Source: an uncultured delta proteobacterium (GTDB lineage Bacteria > Desulfobacterota > Binatia > JACPRU01). From it: a stretch of 64,000 nucleotides of DNA. Positions 1 to 10,378 of this stretch are shown here, in pieces. A model generated the notes under the pieces. That model did no database searches. It was not told the origin of the DNA and was given only the letters and a program-made list of their open reading frames with translations. A program made the translations under genes and the position numbers. Positions within the stretch are counted from its first letter, which is position 1; each line of letters begins with the position of its first letter. Location of the stretch: positions 240,339 to 304,338 of the forward strand of contig CAVUWD010000014.1 in assembly GCA_963745025.1 (NCBI GenBank). The letters are read 5' to 3'.

Positions 1-557
1 AACGACACGGCATTCAAAGCGAATGCCGTGCCGATGCCGGCGGTCGCGATGAGGGCGCCGGCGAGCGCGGGCCCCACCGCCCGCGCGAGGTTGAATTCGA
101 TCCCGTTGAGCGCTGATCCTGCCGCGAGATCCTCTTTCTTCACCAGTTCGGGAAGAATCGCCCGCCAGGTGGGTGTTTCGAACGCGTCTCCGGCCGAGAG
201 CGCAAACGTCAGCGCGAGCAGCAGCCAGGGCGACATGAGGCGACCGATGGTCAGGACCGCGATCGCGGTCGCGACGACAACCATCCAGACTTCCGTGTAG
301 AGAATTAGTTTGCGGCGATCGACGATATCGCCGATCGAGCCAGCGGGCAGGGCGAGGACAAAGAATGGTAGCGTGGATGCGGTCTGCGTCAGCGCCACGT
401 AAAACGGGCCGGCGCCAAGCGAGAGCATCAACCAGGCTGCGCCGACGCTCTGCAAGAACGTCCCGATGTCCGAGACGATGTTGGCGATGAGCAGATTGCG
501 GAATGTGGGCGCCCGCAGCGGTCGCCACAGACTGCCCGAGGTGCGATCGAGGGCCAT
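1..557 (-). CDS. MFS transporter (MFS_3/DUF894-like), runs off the window edge
   Basis: Manual translation from ATG at 557: MALDRTSGSLWRPLRAPTFRNLLIANIVSDIGTFLQSVGAAWLM...PAGSIGDIVDRRKL...ALNGIEFNLARAVGPALAG. MFS motif A (GxxxDxxDRR) is present. Confidence 0.9.
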   Translation of the reverse strand, partial: MALDRTSGSLWRPLRAPTFRNLLIANIVSDIGTFLQSVGAAWLMLSLGAGPFYVALTQTASTLPFFVLALPAGSIGDIVDRRKLILYTEVWMVVVATAIAVLTIGRLMSPWLLLALTFALSAGDAFETPTWRAILPELVKKEDLAAGSALNGIEFNLARAVGPALAGALIATAGIGTAFALNAVS

Positions 558-920
558 GTGCGGAAATCTCACCCCGCTTGGGGGGACGTCAACTAACCCT
601 AATGAAAGTGAACCTCCTCATGGCGAAGAACGCGAAGAACACTTACGCGAAGTCTCGCCCGTCGACTGCGCCGTCGTTGCGATTGCGTGTATGAGGCGCC
701 GCAACCGCGAGCTGCGCGCAAAAAAAGACAAGGCGAGACGGCAGCAGCGCGGGCACGAAGGCCTCGGGCTGCTGCCGTCGAAAGGTGAGAAAGCGCGGAT
801 GGTGAAGCGGGGTTGATGAGGTGGAAAAAGAGGGCGGCGCGTTCAGACCGGCTGTTCAGACCGGCAGCGCGATCTCGCGGGATCGCTCGAGCCTCTTGAC
901 CGTGTTGCTTCGTGTTGGGT

Positions 921-1110
921 TTACCAGTAGCCGGCGTCAACGAAGCTGAAGTGGGTATCGGCACCGATGATCACGTGGTCCAAGACACGGATTCCCACCA
1001 ACTCGCCGACCTGCCGGAGCCTGCGAGTGATCTCGAGATCCTCTGAAGACGAACTCACGTCATTTGACGGGTGGTTGTGCATGAGCAGGAAGCACTCGGC
1101 ATTGCCGGCG
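921..1110 (-). pseudogene. radC: RadC/JAB-domain protein, C-terminal fragment
   Basis: HNHPSNDVSSSSEDLEITRRLRQVGELVGIRVLDHVII JAB motif; N-terminal part missing. Confidence 0.8.
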
Positions 1111-1244
1111 ACCGCGCACTTTTCTCCAGTGTCGGCGAGATGATCGGCCGCGCGGCTAAATCGACGCGCAAAAACTCGCAAGGAGCGCCTGTAACGCCGG
1201 GGCGGCGCAAATGATTGACCATCAGCCGGACAAGAGTGTCCCGC

Positions 1245-1754
1245 TTACTTTGCCGGCGGGGGAGGATTTTTCGCTTTCGCCGCACCGCGCTTGAGCAGAT
1301 CGAACAGATCGCTGTCGGTGGAGAGCACGAGCGTGGAGTCCTTCGCGAAGATCTTGCGGTAAGTTTCCATGCTTTTCATGAAGGCGTAGAACTCGGCGGC
1401 CTGCGGGCTTTGCGAGTAGGCGCGGGCGTAAATCTCGGTGGCCTTGGCGTCGGCCTCGCCGCGGATGGTCTGCACCTTGAGGTAGGCGCCGGACTGGATT
1501 TCGTTCATGTCGCGTTCTTTCTTGCCGGCGATCTTGGCCGCCTCGCCCTCGCCTTCCGAGCGGAACCGCTGGGCGATTTGCTGACGCTCGCTGATCATGC
1601 GCTGGTAGATGCGGTCGAGCACGTCGGGGTTGTAATCCACGCGCTTCAGGCGCAGGTCCAGCAGCTCGATGCCGAACTCGGCCAGCTTGCCGGCGGCGGC
1701 GGTCTTGATCTCGGTCTCGACCTTTTGCCGGCCCACGGTGATGGGCGGCAACAC
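1245..1754 (-). pseudogene. hflC: Protease modulator HflC, 5'-truncated
   Basis: IYQRMISERQQIAQRFRSEGEGEAAKI...EFYAFMKSMETY is the typical HflC C-half. No N-terminal TM or SPFH start, and no hflK. Confidence 0.85.
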
Positions 1755-1783
1755 GCCGATCGTGGGACATCCTCCACGGCGTC

Positions 1784-2773
1784 GTGGTCTTCCCGTTCGA
1801 GGAAGAGCCTACGGTGTTTGCGCTCGCCTACTCCTTCGCCGCTCAGGCCGCGGCGCAGTCCGTGATCGAGGATGTGCGGTGGGGCGCGGGGATCAACCAC
1901 GGTGCGATCGTCGACCGGCTACGGGAAGGAGGCTTCGAGAGAGCGACGATCGGGATCTGCGACAGCCTTCCTCACGATATGTGGCTCTACCTCCGTGAAG
2001 CGCTTCCCGAGGCGAAGCTCATCGAAGCACGGGATCTAATGTTCGAGGTGCGCCTTTGCCCGAGCGAAGAGGAGCTCGAGTGGTATCGGAAGGGGGCGAG
2101 GTTCTGCGACCTCGCGTTCGAGGCCGCCGTCGACGCGGCCCGCCCCGGGATGAAGGAGTACGAGCTCGTCGGGGTGATCCACGGCACCTACCTCCGCCTC
2201 GGAGGATCACTCTACGGAGCCGCGATCGGCGTGAGCCCCATGGACAACCCGTCGGTGCCTTACTCGTGGTGGATCGCTGGCGGCTCTACCCGCGAGCTCC
2301 AGAGAGGAGACCTGATCCTCACCGAGATCACGGGAACGTACTACGGCTACCCCGGCCAGCTCATCCGGCCGATCGCGCTTGGCGAGCCGCCAGCGGAGCT
2401 ACGAAAGATGGCCGACCTCGCCATCCAGCTCTACCTCGACGTGCAGAAGGTCGTGAAGGTCGGCAACACCCCGAGAGACGTTTATAGCTGCTCGCAGCGG
2501 ATTCTGGATGAGGGCTACACGATTCAATGCCCGGTGATCCATGGCTATTCGCAGGTCCTCCAGCCGCCCTTCGCGTCGGTTCCAAACGATCCCTGCTGGT
2601 CGGTGATGCTCGACGGGCGTTTCCGAGAGAACCAACTGATCGTGATCGAGCCGAACCCGGTGACACCCGACCTGCAGAGAGGTTTCTTCATCGGTGACAT
2701 GAACGTGGTGACAAAGGACGGTGCGGTGTCGCTCCACGACGTGCCGCTCGAGCTTGCTGTGAAGGACGTCTAG
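1784..2773 (+). CDS. M24 (aminopeptidase P/creatinase-like) protein, probably N-terminally truncated
   Basis: SEEELEWYRKGARFCD..ARPGMKEYEL..LQRGDLILTEI..YYGYPGQLIRPI..IVIEPN pita-bread fold; begins abruptly at the hflC junction. Confidence 0.8.
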   Translation: MVFPFEEEPTVFALAYSFAAQAAAQSVIEDVRWGAGINHGAIVDRLREGGFERATIGICDSLPHDMWLYLREALPEAKLIEARDLMFEVRLCPSEEELEWYRKGARFCDLAFEAAVDAARPGMKEYELVGVIHGTYLRLGGSLYGAAIGVSPMDNPSVPYSWWIAGGSTRELQRGDLILTEITGTYYGYPGQLIRPIALGEPPAELRKMADLAIQLYLDVQKVVKVGNTPRDVYSCSQRILDEGYTIQCPVIHGYSQVLQPPFASVPNDPCWSVMLDGRFRENQLIVIEPNPVTPDLQRGFFIGDMNVVTKDGAVSLHDVPLELAVKDV

Positions 2774-2774
2774 G

Positions 2775-3120
2775 GGCTGACGCTTTTTCTTTCCGTGCTC
2801 AGCGAGTCGCGTCACGGTCCGGGGTTTGTCTGATTCGACCAGTTCCTCGAATTTTCCCTTCGGCACGTTAGCGACATTGATCGCCTGTTCTCCTGGTCCT
2901 TCGATAGGCCTGCGTCGCGGGCCGCAGAGCGTTGCGTGGAAATAGGGTGGGCGCCCACCCCATTTGTTCCGGGCTTACCGACGCCCTTGTTGAAGCCCTT
3001 GAGGAGCTCGGCGCAGCGCCTGATCGCGCGCGCCTGGATGCGCACGGCCATCTTGAGCAGGGCTTCGTCCTGAGACTGGCGTGCGTAGCTCGCCAGGGCT
3101 GCAGTCTTGTCCGCCCTCCT
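2775..3120 (-). pseudogene. Phage-type hypothetical protein fragment, frameshifted
   Basis: ADKTAALASYARQSQDEALLKMAVRIQARAIRRCAELL..AARDAGLS continues in another frame as NVANVPKGKFEELVESDKPRTVTRLAE. Resembles a phage hypothetical family (from recall). Confidence 0.55.
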
Positions 3121-3422
3121 CGAGCCATCCAACTCTACGAATTCCGATCCGTCGGGCGTCTTTCCGAAGGCACGCCTCGATCCCCTCGGCTTCTTCATGG
3201 AATGCGCGCGACGCCATGGCGACATGACCTCCATGCGATTCGGCAGGCGCCAGGTTCCTCTCTGCCGCTCCCTTTGACGGGTGCCGGATCGGTGTTATCA
3301 GGACGCGAGTCACGGCCATTCTGCGGCCGCTTCTAGCCTGCCAACTAAATTGGCGACTTTCATCCACCCCAACCGCGCTAGACTCCGCAGTACTCATCTT
3401 AAACACCAGAAAGGACCACTCT

Positions 3423-3764
3423 ATGGGCAGCCTCGGCGATGTCGGCTCCACCAAGTTATTCGAGAACGACAAGGTCATCCTATGGGAATTCGTACTCGAA
3501 CCTGGCGAGAGAACCCCGCTCCACACCCATAAGCATGACTATGTGTGGTACGTGCTGGAAGGCACGACGCTCGAGGTCTTCGATAAGGACGACAAGTACC
3601 TCTATTCGTTCGAAGCGCCGGCGGGCGCGATATTCCCGCTGCGCCTGGAAGGCGACGAGCTCGTGACCACCGATGGTAAAGGGCTCCGCGCCCCGGCGAC
3701 CCACAGCGCCCGCAACCGCGGCCCCACGCGTTATCGCGAAATCCTCGTAGAGACCAAGAATTAA
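3423..3764 (+). CDS. Cupin domain protein
   Basis: LFENDKVILWEFVLEPGERTPLHTHKHDY..H..RN.G...YREILVETK; RBS AAAGGA upstream. Confidence 0.85.
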   Translation: MGSLGDVGSTKLFENDKVILWEFVLEPGERTPLHTHKHDYVWYVLEGTTLEVFDKDDKYLYSFEAPAGAIFPLRLEGDELVTTDGKGLRAPATHSARNRGPTRYREILVETKN

Positions 3765-3849
3765 GGAGGTCCTCGGCCATCGGCCCGAGATGCTCGAATA
3801 GCGCCCGAAGTTGATGAGGCGACCCGCGTTTCGCGCCGCCCTGTCCGCG

Positions 3850-4242
3850 CTATCCGGTCCAGTCCGCCAGTTGAAAATCCTCGGGTACCCGCATGAAGAG
3901 CAGCTTCGCGGGGCCCTCGAGCACGCGGGTCTGGTGGCCCCTGCCGCGCGGATCGTCGGCCATGAACATTCCACCCGCGCTCCAGCGCCGCTTCTCGCCG
4001 CTGGTGACCTCGACTTCGAGGACCCCGCTCAGCACGAAAACGATCTGCCGGTTGGGAACAACGTGCCAGTCCTGATCGAGACCGTGCGGCATCTCGGCGA
4101 TCACCACGCTCGGCGGGCTCAAGGGCTTCGTGAGACGGTAAGTGTTTCCAAACTCGTCCGTGTAAGGCTGCGGAAAGGGGATCTCGACTTCCTCGAAGCG
4201 AGAGCCGCCCTCGGGCGTGTTGAAGAAGCGAACGATCTTCAT
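3850..4242 (-). CDS. Cupin domain protein
   Basis: MKIVRFFNTPEGGSRFEEVEI..DWHVVPNRQIVFVLSGVLEVEVTSGEKRR..ADDPRGRGHQT; GGAGGAG RBS. Confidence 0.85.
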   Translation of the reverse strand: MKIVRFFNTPEGGSRFEEVEIPFPQPYTDEFGNTYRLTKPLSPPSVVIAEMPHGLDQDWHVVPNRQIVFVLSGVLEVEVTSGEKRRWSAGGMFMADDPRGRGHQTRVLEGPAKLLFMRVPEDFQLADWTG

Positions 4243-4526
4243 TGGGCACTCCTCCTGCTTCGCGTGATTCGGCAGCGGAGGATAGCCGCTTAGCCGCTTA
4301 GTGAAATGTGAATACCAACATGTTGTAAGTGGCAACGCCGTTCAATCTTCATGCGGCTAAGGCTAGCTAGCGAAGCGCGGCCTCAGACCAGGAAGCATGC
4401 GCCACGGCGCTCCTCGCGCATATGGCTATCGCATAACGGCACATACAGTCCGAACCATCAGCGATATGCCATAGGCCACGAGTGCGGCTGCAATGGCATC
4501 CGAGCTTCGTCCGTGACGCCTGCCCG

Positions 4527-5456
4527 TCAGCCCTCGCCCGGATCGCCCCGGCTGGCCGCGACACTGACACCGAGAGGGCCGCGGGGTACCTGGATCTCGA
4601 ACCGCCGGCCTTGGCGGAGGATCTCCATCCGCACGTTCTCCCCGGCGGTGCCGGCGCGGGTGGCGGTGACGAGCTCGCTGGGAGCGAAGATGCGGGTCTC
4701 GCCGTAGCTCAGAACCACATCCCCGGCCTGTAGGCCTTCCGCCGCCGCCGGTGATTCGAGCAGCACCTCGTTGATGGCGACGCGGTTCGGCTGGTCAAGG
4801 GCGGCGAGATAGCGGTCGTACCTCTGGTCCCCGATCTCGTCTCGGATCGACGTGCGTTGCCCCTCGATCTCCGCCATCTTCGCGGCGAAGCCGGGCGTGT
4901 CCAGCCATCCCTCCCGCTCTGCCTGATTGCGCAGGTAGATCTCGGACAGGCCGAGTCCGTCCTGCCGCCGCCTGATCTCGGTCGCGGTCGTCGTGTCGAT
5001 ACCGGCGGCGACCAGCGCGCGCTCCATTGCCGTGCTGGCATCGTAGACGGGCGCCGGGTCGGCTGCGCTGCCGGGTGCGGCCCGTGTCGCCGGCGCGGCC
5101 GCTACGGGCTCGGGCCTTGAGGGCACCGCGCGCGGAGTCTCGTGGCCGCTGCCGCGCAGCGCGGCAAGCTCGGTCGCGAGCACATCGATCCGTTCCTCGA
5201 GGCGGCGCCGCCCATCCGCTTCCGCTGCCAGGTTCGCCGCTAGCAGCTTGAGCCGCCGTTCCAGCCCGATGGCGTGCCGATCGCCTCCGCCCTCGGTCTC
5301 ACGGGCACCTGGGCTCTGCGCAGATGCGGACACCGAGCCTCCGAGGCGCCCCTCCGCGGGCTCGATTCGGCCTCCTTCACCCCGCCAACCGAGCCAGACA
5401 CCTGCCGCCAGGCCGAGAGCGACAAGCAGAGCACCGTACACAGCTGTCCTGTTCAT
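4527..5456 (-). CDS. Membrane-anchored coiled-coil PDZ-domain protein
   Basis: N-terminal TM segment; C-terminal VLLESPAAAEGLQAGDVVLSYG..VRMEILRQG PDZ motif. Confidence 0.75.
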   Translation of the reverse strand: MNRTAVYGALLVALGLAAGVWLGWRGEGGRIEPAEGRLGGSVSASAQSPGARETEGGGDRHAIGLERRLKLLAANLAAEADGRRRLEERIDVLATELAALRGSGHETPRAVPSRPEPVAAAPATRAAPGSAADPAPVYDASTAMERALVAAGIDTTTATEIRRRQDGLGLSEIYLRNQAEREGWLDTPGFAAKMAEIEGQRTSIRDEIGDQRYDRYLAALDQPNRVAINEVLLESPAAAEGLQAGDVVLSYGETRIFAPSELVTATRAGTAGENVRMEILRQGRRFEIQVPRGPLGVSVAASRGDPGEG

Positions 5457-5481
5457 TCACACGATCCTTCGAGCGCGCTGA

Positions 5482-5725
5482 TTGTGGCGGTGTCGTGCAG
5501 GCGACGCAACAGGCTGTCTCGTCCGCGCGACCTTCGACGGCGAGGTCTGCCATCTGATCGTCCATCCGAGCGGGCGCTACAACCGCCACCGGCCGTATCC
5601 GATTCCCAAGGGCCTCGTCGAGCCCGGCGAGCTGCCCGAGAAGGCGGCGCTGCGCGAGACCCGCGAGGAGGCGGGCCTCGACTGCCGGATCCTCGCGCCG
5701 CTCGGCGAGATCGACTACGTGAAGC
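5482..5725 (+). pseudogene. NUDIX hydrolase fragment
   Basis: Nudix box PKGLVEPGELPEKAALRETREEAG; similarity ends after EIDYVK. Confidence 0.75.
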
Positions 5726-5849
5726 ATCCGACATTCCGCGTTTCGTCGTCAAACACCCCGCTCACGACAGCCCGCTCAGGACCCATAGCACCGTATCGAG
5801 ACGCTCGGTTTCCAGACCCGGTTGAGGTAATATCCATACTTGAGATAAT

Positions 5850-6236
5850 GTGCATTTTGTGCGACTGCGTCCTCTCCCGCCGAACGCGACGCTGTCGCAG
5901 ATCGGCGCTCGCGTTCGCGAGATCGTTCGGCGAGCGGAGAGCCTCAGCCTCTATTCGGCACATGCATTACAAGCCATGCGGGACGATCACGTCAGCGTTC
6001 GGGATCTCGAGACGGTTCTCGGTGGTTGCGCGATCGTCGAGCGGGAGGAAGAGAGCAAGTTCAAGGCGCAAGGCAGGACGATCGACGGCGCGGTGGTCTT
6101 CGTGATCGTAAAGCTCGTCGAACTCGACACCGGCCTCTACGTCATCACCGTGTACCGAGCCGACAAGCGGCCGGAGGCAACCAAGGCTGCGACGGGCACC
6201 GTCGTCGTCATGAAAAAGAAGAGGAGAACTCCATGA
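5850..6236 (+). CDS. DUF4258-family putative toxin
   Basis: SAHALQAMRDDHVSVRDLETVL..GRTIDG..LYVITVY signature; ATGA overlap with the next gene. Confidence 0.75.
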   Translation: MHFVRLRPLPPNATLSQIGARVREIVRRAESLSLYSAHALQAMRDDHVSVRDLETVLGGCAIVEREEESKFKAQGRTIDGAVVFVIVKLVELDTGLYVITVYRADKRPEATKAATGTVVVMKKKRRTP

Positions 6237-6784
6237 CGAAGTGCCCCGAATGCGGGAAGAAGATCGAAAAGAGGACGATCCGCGAGTTTCGCGACGACGT
6301 ACTCCTCGGGCTGTCGGGCGTCGTTCTGGTGGACTCCGTGGTCCGCTATCGCTGCCCGGCCTGCGGGTTCGAGGCAACTTCGATCCCGCGCCAGGGCGAG
6401 CTCGGCACGGCGATGGCAGTCGCGCGCGTGAAACACCCGCAGAAGCTGGCGGGACGAGACGTCCGGTTCCTACGCAAGGAGATGGGCCTCACGGCCAAGG
6501 CACTCGCGGCGAAGATCGGCGTCCACGTGGAGACCGTCTCTCGCTGGGAGAATGATCGGGAACCGATCGGCCCGTCGAGTGAGAAGCTCTTGCGGCTCAT
6601 GGTTCTTATCGAACTCGGCGACAAAGCCCTCGGCGTCGACTACGACGAGCGGGCTGTCGCAGCGATGCGCGTCGAGGCGGTGCGCCGAGGCAGAGGCTTC
6701 GAGGCGCGCTTGCAGCTCGCGCCCATGCGCGTCGAACGCAAGCGGCAGCCGGTCTGGAGCGAACTTCTTCCGCAGGCGGCATGA
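6233..6784 (+). CDS. MqsA/YgiT-type antitoxin (Zn ribbon + XRE HTH)
   Basis: CPECG...CPACG zinc ribbon, then VRFLRKEMGLTAKALAAKIGVHVETVSRWEND HTH. Confidence 0.85.
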   Translation: MTKCPECGKKIEKRTIREFRDDVLLGLSGVVLVDSVVRYRCPACGFEATSIPRQGELGTAMAVARVKHPQKLAGRDVRFLRKEMGLTAKALAAKIGVHVETVSRWENDREPIGPSSEKLLRLMVLIELGDKALGVDYDERAVAAMRVEAVRRGRGFEARLQLAPMRVERKRQPVWSELLPQAA

Positions 6785-6868
6785 CCGTGGCGCCCCCTAG
6801 ACTTCAGATGCCCCTGAGCAAATCACCCACGGAATCAGCGCATCAACCGCGTCACCAAACGCTTGGCG

Positions 6869-6909
6869 CGAGATTGAACCACGTGGTTCAATCTCGGGCT
6901 CTATGTAGG
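6869..6909. repeat. Copy 1 of a 40-bp direct repeat, with a perfect 28-bp palindrome
   Basis: CGAGATTGAACCAC|GTGGTTCAATCTCG followed by GGCTCTATGTAGG; 6870-6909 is 37/40 identical to 19295-19334. Confidence 0.9.
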
Positions 6910-7144
6910 CCGATGTAGGACGCATATGCCACGCGGTACGAGCGCACGGCTCCGAATGTAACGGTGGCGGCCGTCACACGGGCAGGATCGGGCGTCCTCG
7001 TCGGATGTGGATACGTCCATCGGAGTCCTTGAATGTTCCCGACCCGATACCGGGACACCGAGCTTGTTCGATGAATCGCTTTGTGCTCAGGTGCCGCTGG
7101 ACGTCGACAGCGCGACCGACGCGATCACCGCAGGGGGAGTCAGT

Positions 7145-7996
7145 ATGACAACCGCGCTCATCACCGGATGCGCTTCGGGCTTCGGCGAGCGAGCTGCCCT
7201 GGCGCTGGCACGCAAGGGCCTGCGAGTCGCCGCAGGCGTTCGCGACTTTGGCCGCGCCCAGGGTCTGGTCGATGCCGCGGCCCGCGAGAAGCTGCCCGTG
7301 GAGTTGGTGAAGCTCGACGTGCGCAGCGACGAGTCGGTTGCGGCCGCCGTCGCCGACGTGCATGCGCGCATGGGCCAGATCGACATCGCGATCAACAATG
7401 CAGGGCTGCATCTGATCGCACCCGCGGAACTGTGCTCGATTCGCGATTGCCAGGCCATTCTGGATACCAACGTGCTGGGCGCACTGCGCGTCATGCAGGC
7501 TGTCCTTCCGGAGATGCGGCGGCGCCGCGCCGGGCGCATCGTCATCGTCACCTCCGCCGGGTCGTTCGTGGCCGTCCCGCACATGGCGATGTACACGGCG
7601 AGCAAGCACGCGCTCGACGCTCTCTCGGCTGCCATGGCCAACGAGGTGAAGCCGTTCGGCATCGTCATCACGACCGTCGCACCGGGAACGTTCCACACGG
7701 CCATGGCGCAGAAGGGCCTGCTGCCGCGCGAGACCTACGACTACAGCCCATATGCCGCCGCCCAGTGCCCCCAGCACATCAAGGACATCGAGGAGGGCCC
7801 AGACCCCGAGCCCGTAGCCAACGCCATCGTGCGTGCCGCGCTCGATCCCGATCCGCCCCTGCGCGTCCTGGTTGGCAACGGGTTGGACGCCTCGCTGGGT
7901 CCCGTGGTCGCCATGCACGACAGCTTCCAGTCGTGGTTCGCCCCACGCGAGGCGGGGGCGGCTCCTTCGTCCCCCTTGCTGAAGAGTGCGCCGTAG
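7145..7996 (+). CDS. Short-chain dehydrogenase/reductase (17beta-HSD-like)
   Basis: TGCASGFG, INNAG and YTASK motifs. Confidence 0.92.
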   Translation: MTTALITGCASGFGERAALALARKGLRVAAGVRDFGRAQGLVDAAAREKLPVELVKLDVRSDESVAAAVADVHARMGQIDIAINNAGLHLIAPAELCSIRDCQAILDTNVLGALRVMQAVLPEMRRRRAGRIVIVTSAGSFVAVPHMAMYTASKHALDALSAAMANEVKPFGIVITTVAPGTFHTAMAQKGLLPRETYDYSPYAAAQCPQHIKDIEEGPDPEPVANAIVRAALDPDPPLRVLVGNGLDASLGPVVAMHDSFQSWFAPREAGAAPSSPLLKSAP

Positions 7997-8039
7997 GCGG
8001 TCGCTCGCAACGTCGTGTAAGGTTCGCTTCCGCACCAAC

Positions 8040-8801
8040 ATGCTCCACACCTACGTACGTCATGCCAACGAGGGAGAGTTCCAACTCGCTACGCCAGGGA
8101 CCTTTGTTCGCGACCTCGGCGTCGGCGACATCACCGACGGTGAGCTCACCGCTCAGGTGGTGCGCATCGAGCCGGAAGGCGCGTACATCGAAGAGCTGCA
8201 CCGGCACGACGAAGGGTTCTCGCTGGCCTACGTACTCAAAGGCTGGCTTGACGTGGAATTCGAGGAGATCGGGGTGCAGCATCTCGGTCCGGGCACCGTC
8301 ATCCCCGCCTACAACGGACCCAGACACCACGAGCTCGCCTGCGGCGACGGATTCGAGCTCCTGCTTCTGGTGACGCGGAAGTCGATGAGCGGAGACGACC
8401 GGCAGCGGATCATCGTGCAACAGGAACGCGACGCGCCGTACAAAGCAGGGCTCAGGGACAACTTCCTGTGTCGCGACTTCGGACTCATGCCGTTGACCGG
8501 TGGACGCATGGTGGCGCACTCGATCAAGGCGCTGCCTGGTCAGGATCCACACCGGCGGTGGCACGCGGGCACCTCCGACTTCCGGTTTGTCTACGTGGCC
8601 AACGGCTGGGCGGAGTTCGAGTACGAGGACATCGGCGCCGTTCGGCTGGAGAAAGACTCGATGGTCTATCACCCGCCGATGATCCCTTACGTCGAGGTGG
8701 CGTGCAGCGACGACGTGGTGATCGTGGAAGTGGTCACACCCCCCGAATTCGAACCCGCGCCGGCGAGACTCCGGGCTCCGTCGGCGAGCCGAACCGGTTA
8801 G
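8040..8801 (+). CDS. Tandem cupin-domain protein
   Basis: Two repeats of RDLG/RDFG..T.G..H..YV..GW...EFE.IG. Confidence 0.8.
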   Translation: MLHTYVRHANEGEFQLATPGTFVRDLGVGDITDGELTAQVVRIEPEGAYIEELHRHDEGFSLAYVLKGWLDVEFEEIGVQHLGPGTVIPAYNGPRHHELACGDGFELLLLVTRKSMSGDDRQRIIVQQERDAPYKAGLRDNFLCRDFGLMPLTGGRMVAHSIKALPGQDPHRRWHAGTSDFRFVYVANGWAEFEYEDIGAVRLEKDSMVYHPPMIPYVEVACSDDVVIVEVVTPPEFEPAPARLRAPSASRTG

Positions 8802-8824
8802 CGCGGCACATTTCCTCCGGCAGG

Positions 8825-9006
8825 CCGCACGGCCGCGCGAGAATGGGGCAAGTACAAGATCAACGTCATCTGGGGTGACCCCGTCAAGGATGCTGGAGGG
8901 CTCGCCGTCTTTCTCGCGTCGAGCGATGCCGACGACTACTTGACGGGCATGACCTTTCAGCTCGACGGCGGCGGCAGATGCATGCATGCATGCATGCATG
9001 CATGAG
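8825..9006 (+). pseudogene. SDR C-terminal remnant with an internal deletion, ending in an (ATGC)n tract
   Basis: RTAAREWGKYKINVI / [34 protein letters not shown], then six ATGC units at ~8978-9001. Confidence 0.7.
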
Positions 9007-9055
9007 ATGCGTAGACGGACGACTCCTGTATATCTGGAGCTCCTAGGATAAGAAC

Positions 9056-9475
9056 ATGAAAAAGTCGGGCGCGAGCCAAGGCCAATCGGCATCGGAGCTC
9101 ATCTCGAAAAGAATCGCCGAACTCGGAGACTGGCGCGGGGAAACCCTCAGTAGAATGCGCAAACTCATCAAGGAAGCAGACCCGGACGCCGTCGAGGAGT
9201 GGAAGTGGATGGGCACTCCGATTTGGTCGCACGACGGCATCATCTGCACTGGCGAATCCTACAAGAATGTCGTGAAGCTTACCTTCGCCAAGGGCGCGTC
9301 TCTGAAGGATCCGGCCCGTCTCTTCAACTCGAGTCTCGACGGAAACGTACGCCGCGCGATCGACATCCACGAAGGAGAAGAAGTTGACGAGTCCGCCTTC
9401 AAGGCGCTCGTTCGCCAAGCGGTCGCCCTCAACAGTTCTGGCAAGTCCAAACCTTCGAAGAAGGCGAAGTCCTAA
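9056..9475 (+). CDS. DUF1801 (YdhG-like) protein
   Basis: [49 protein letters not shown]. Confidence 0.9.
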   Translation: MKKSGASQGQSASELISKRIAELGDWRGETLSRMRKLIKEADPDAVEEWKWMGTPIWSHDGIICTGESYKNVVKLTFAKGASLKDPARLFNSSLDGNVRRAIDIHEGEEVDESAFKALVRQAVALNSSGKSKPSKKAKS

Positions 9476-9648
9476 GGGATTCCACCCTTGTGTCGCTTCT
9501 CGACGCCGTCTCTCCCGAACCGGACGAGATTCGGCGAAGACTCGATACCTACTTCGGAGCCTCCCTTGGGTTGGACCTTCAGACGCTCGTCTGGAAGCTC
9601 GTGGACGCGATCAAGCGACTCCAAAGCCTGAAGAAGGAGCGCATCCCG

Positions 9649-10165
9649 ATGGATCTGAACCTCAAGGACAAGATCGCCGTCGTAACCGGGGCCAGCAAGG
9701 GCATTGGCTTGGCGGTCGTCAAAGCACTCGCCCGCGAGGGCGCCCGTGTTGTTGCCGGTAGCCGGACCACGTCAGCCAAACTCGCTGCCGTGCGCGATGC
9801 CCACGGGGTCACCGTCGTCGGCGTTGACTTAGGCACCGCCGACGGCCCGGTCTCGCTTGTCCGCGCCGCCGTAGACTGTCACGGCAAGATAGACGTGCTG
9901 GTCAATAATCTCGGGGCAACCAGTCCTCGGACCGGATTCTTGGAGGTCAATGACGGCGAGTGGCAGCGGGTCTTCGATCTCACCTTCTTCAGCGCGGTCC
10001 GCGCGAGCCGGACGGCGCTGCCGTACCTTCTCGCTGCCGGAGGCGGCGCGATCGTCAACATCAGCTCGATCAACGCTCGGCTGCCCTTCCCCATGGTGGT
10101 GGACTACTCCGCGGCCAAGGCTGCGCTGACCAACCTCACCAAAGCGCTATCGGAGGAATTTGCGG
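9649..10165 (+). pseudogene. SDR oxidoreductase, 3'-truncated
   Basis: MDLNLKDKIAVVTGASKGIG..YSAAKAALTNLTKALSEEFA, then unrelated sequence; the C-terminal third is missing. Confidence 0.8.
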
Positions 10166-10378
10166 TGCGAAAAGACGGGCGTTTCGTGAGCCCCTCCCGC
10201 CGCACTTTCACAAGACTCGTCATGCTTCAGGGGTACCACTACGATTGTTTGACGGCCCCTTCGAAGCGGCGAGTTCCCCCGCCGGCCCACCACGGGCGTC
10301 ATGCTACCCGTCGTTCGGGGTTAGATAGCTGAGGCGTCTTTCGTTGGCGCACACGCTTTCGGGTGTCATACTCGCCCT

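Noticed and set aside
619-816. Small basic protein MAKNAKNTYAK..RNRELRAKKDKARR
   Set aside because: Split across frames by a stop and apparent insertion; it cannot be supported as a gene.
6974-8373. Long antisense and alternate-frame ORFs over the SDR (and similar ones elsewhere)
   Set aside because: Typical high-GC shadow ORFs with no motifs, overlapping well-supported genes.
9473-9490. TAAGGGATTCCACCCT as another regulon box
   Set aside because: The right half is out of register, it overlaps a stop codon, and it lies outside the island.
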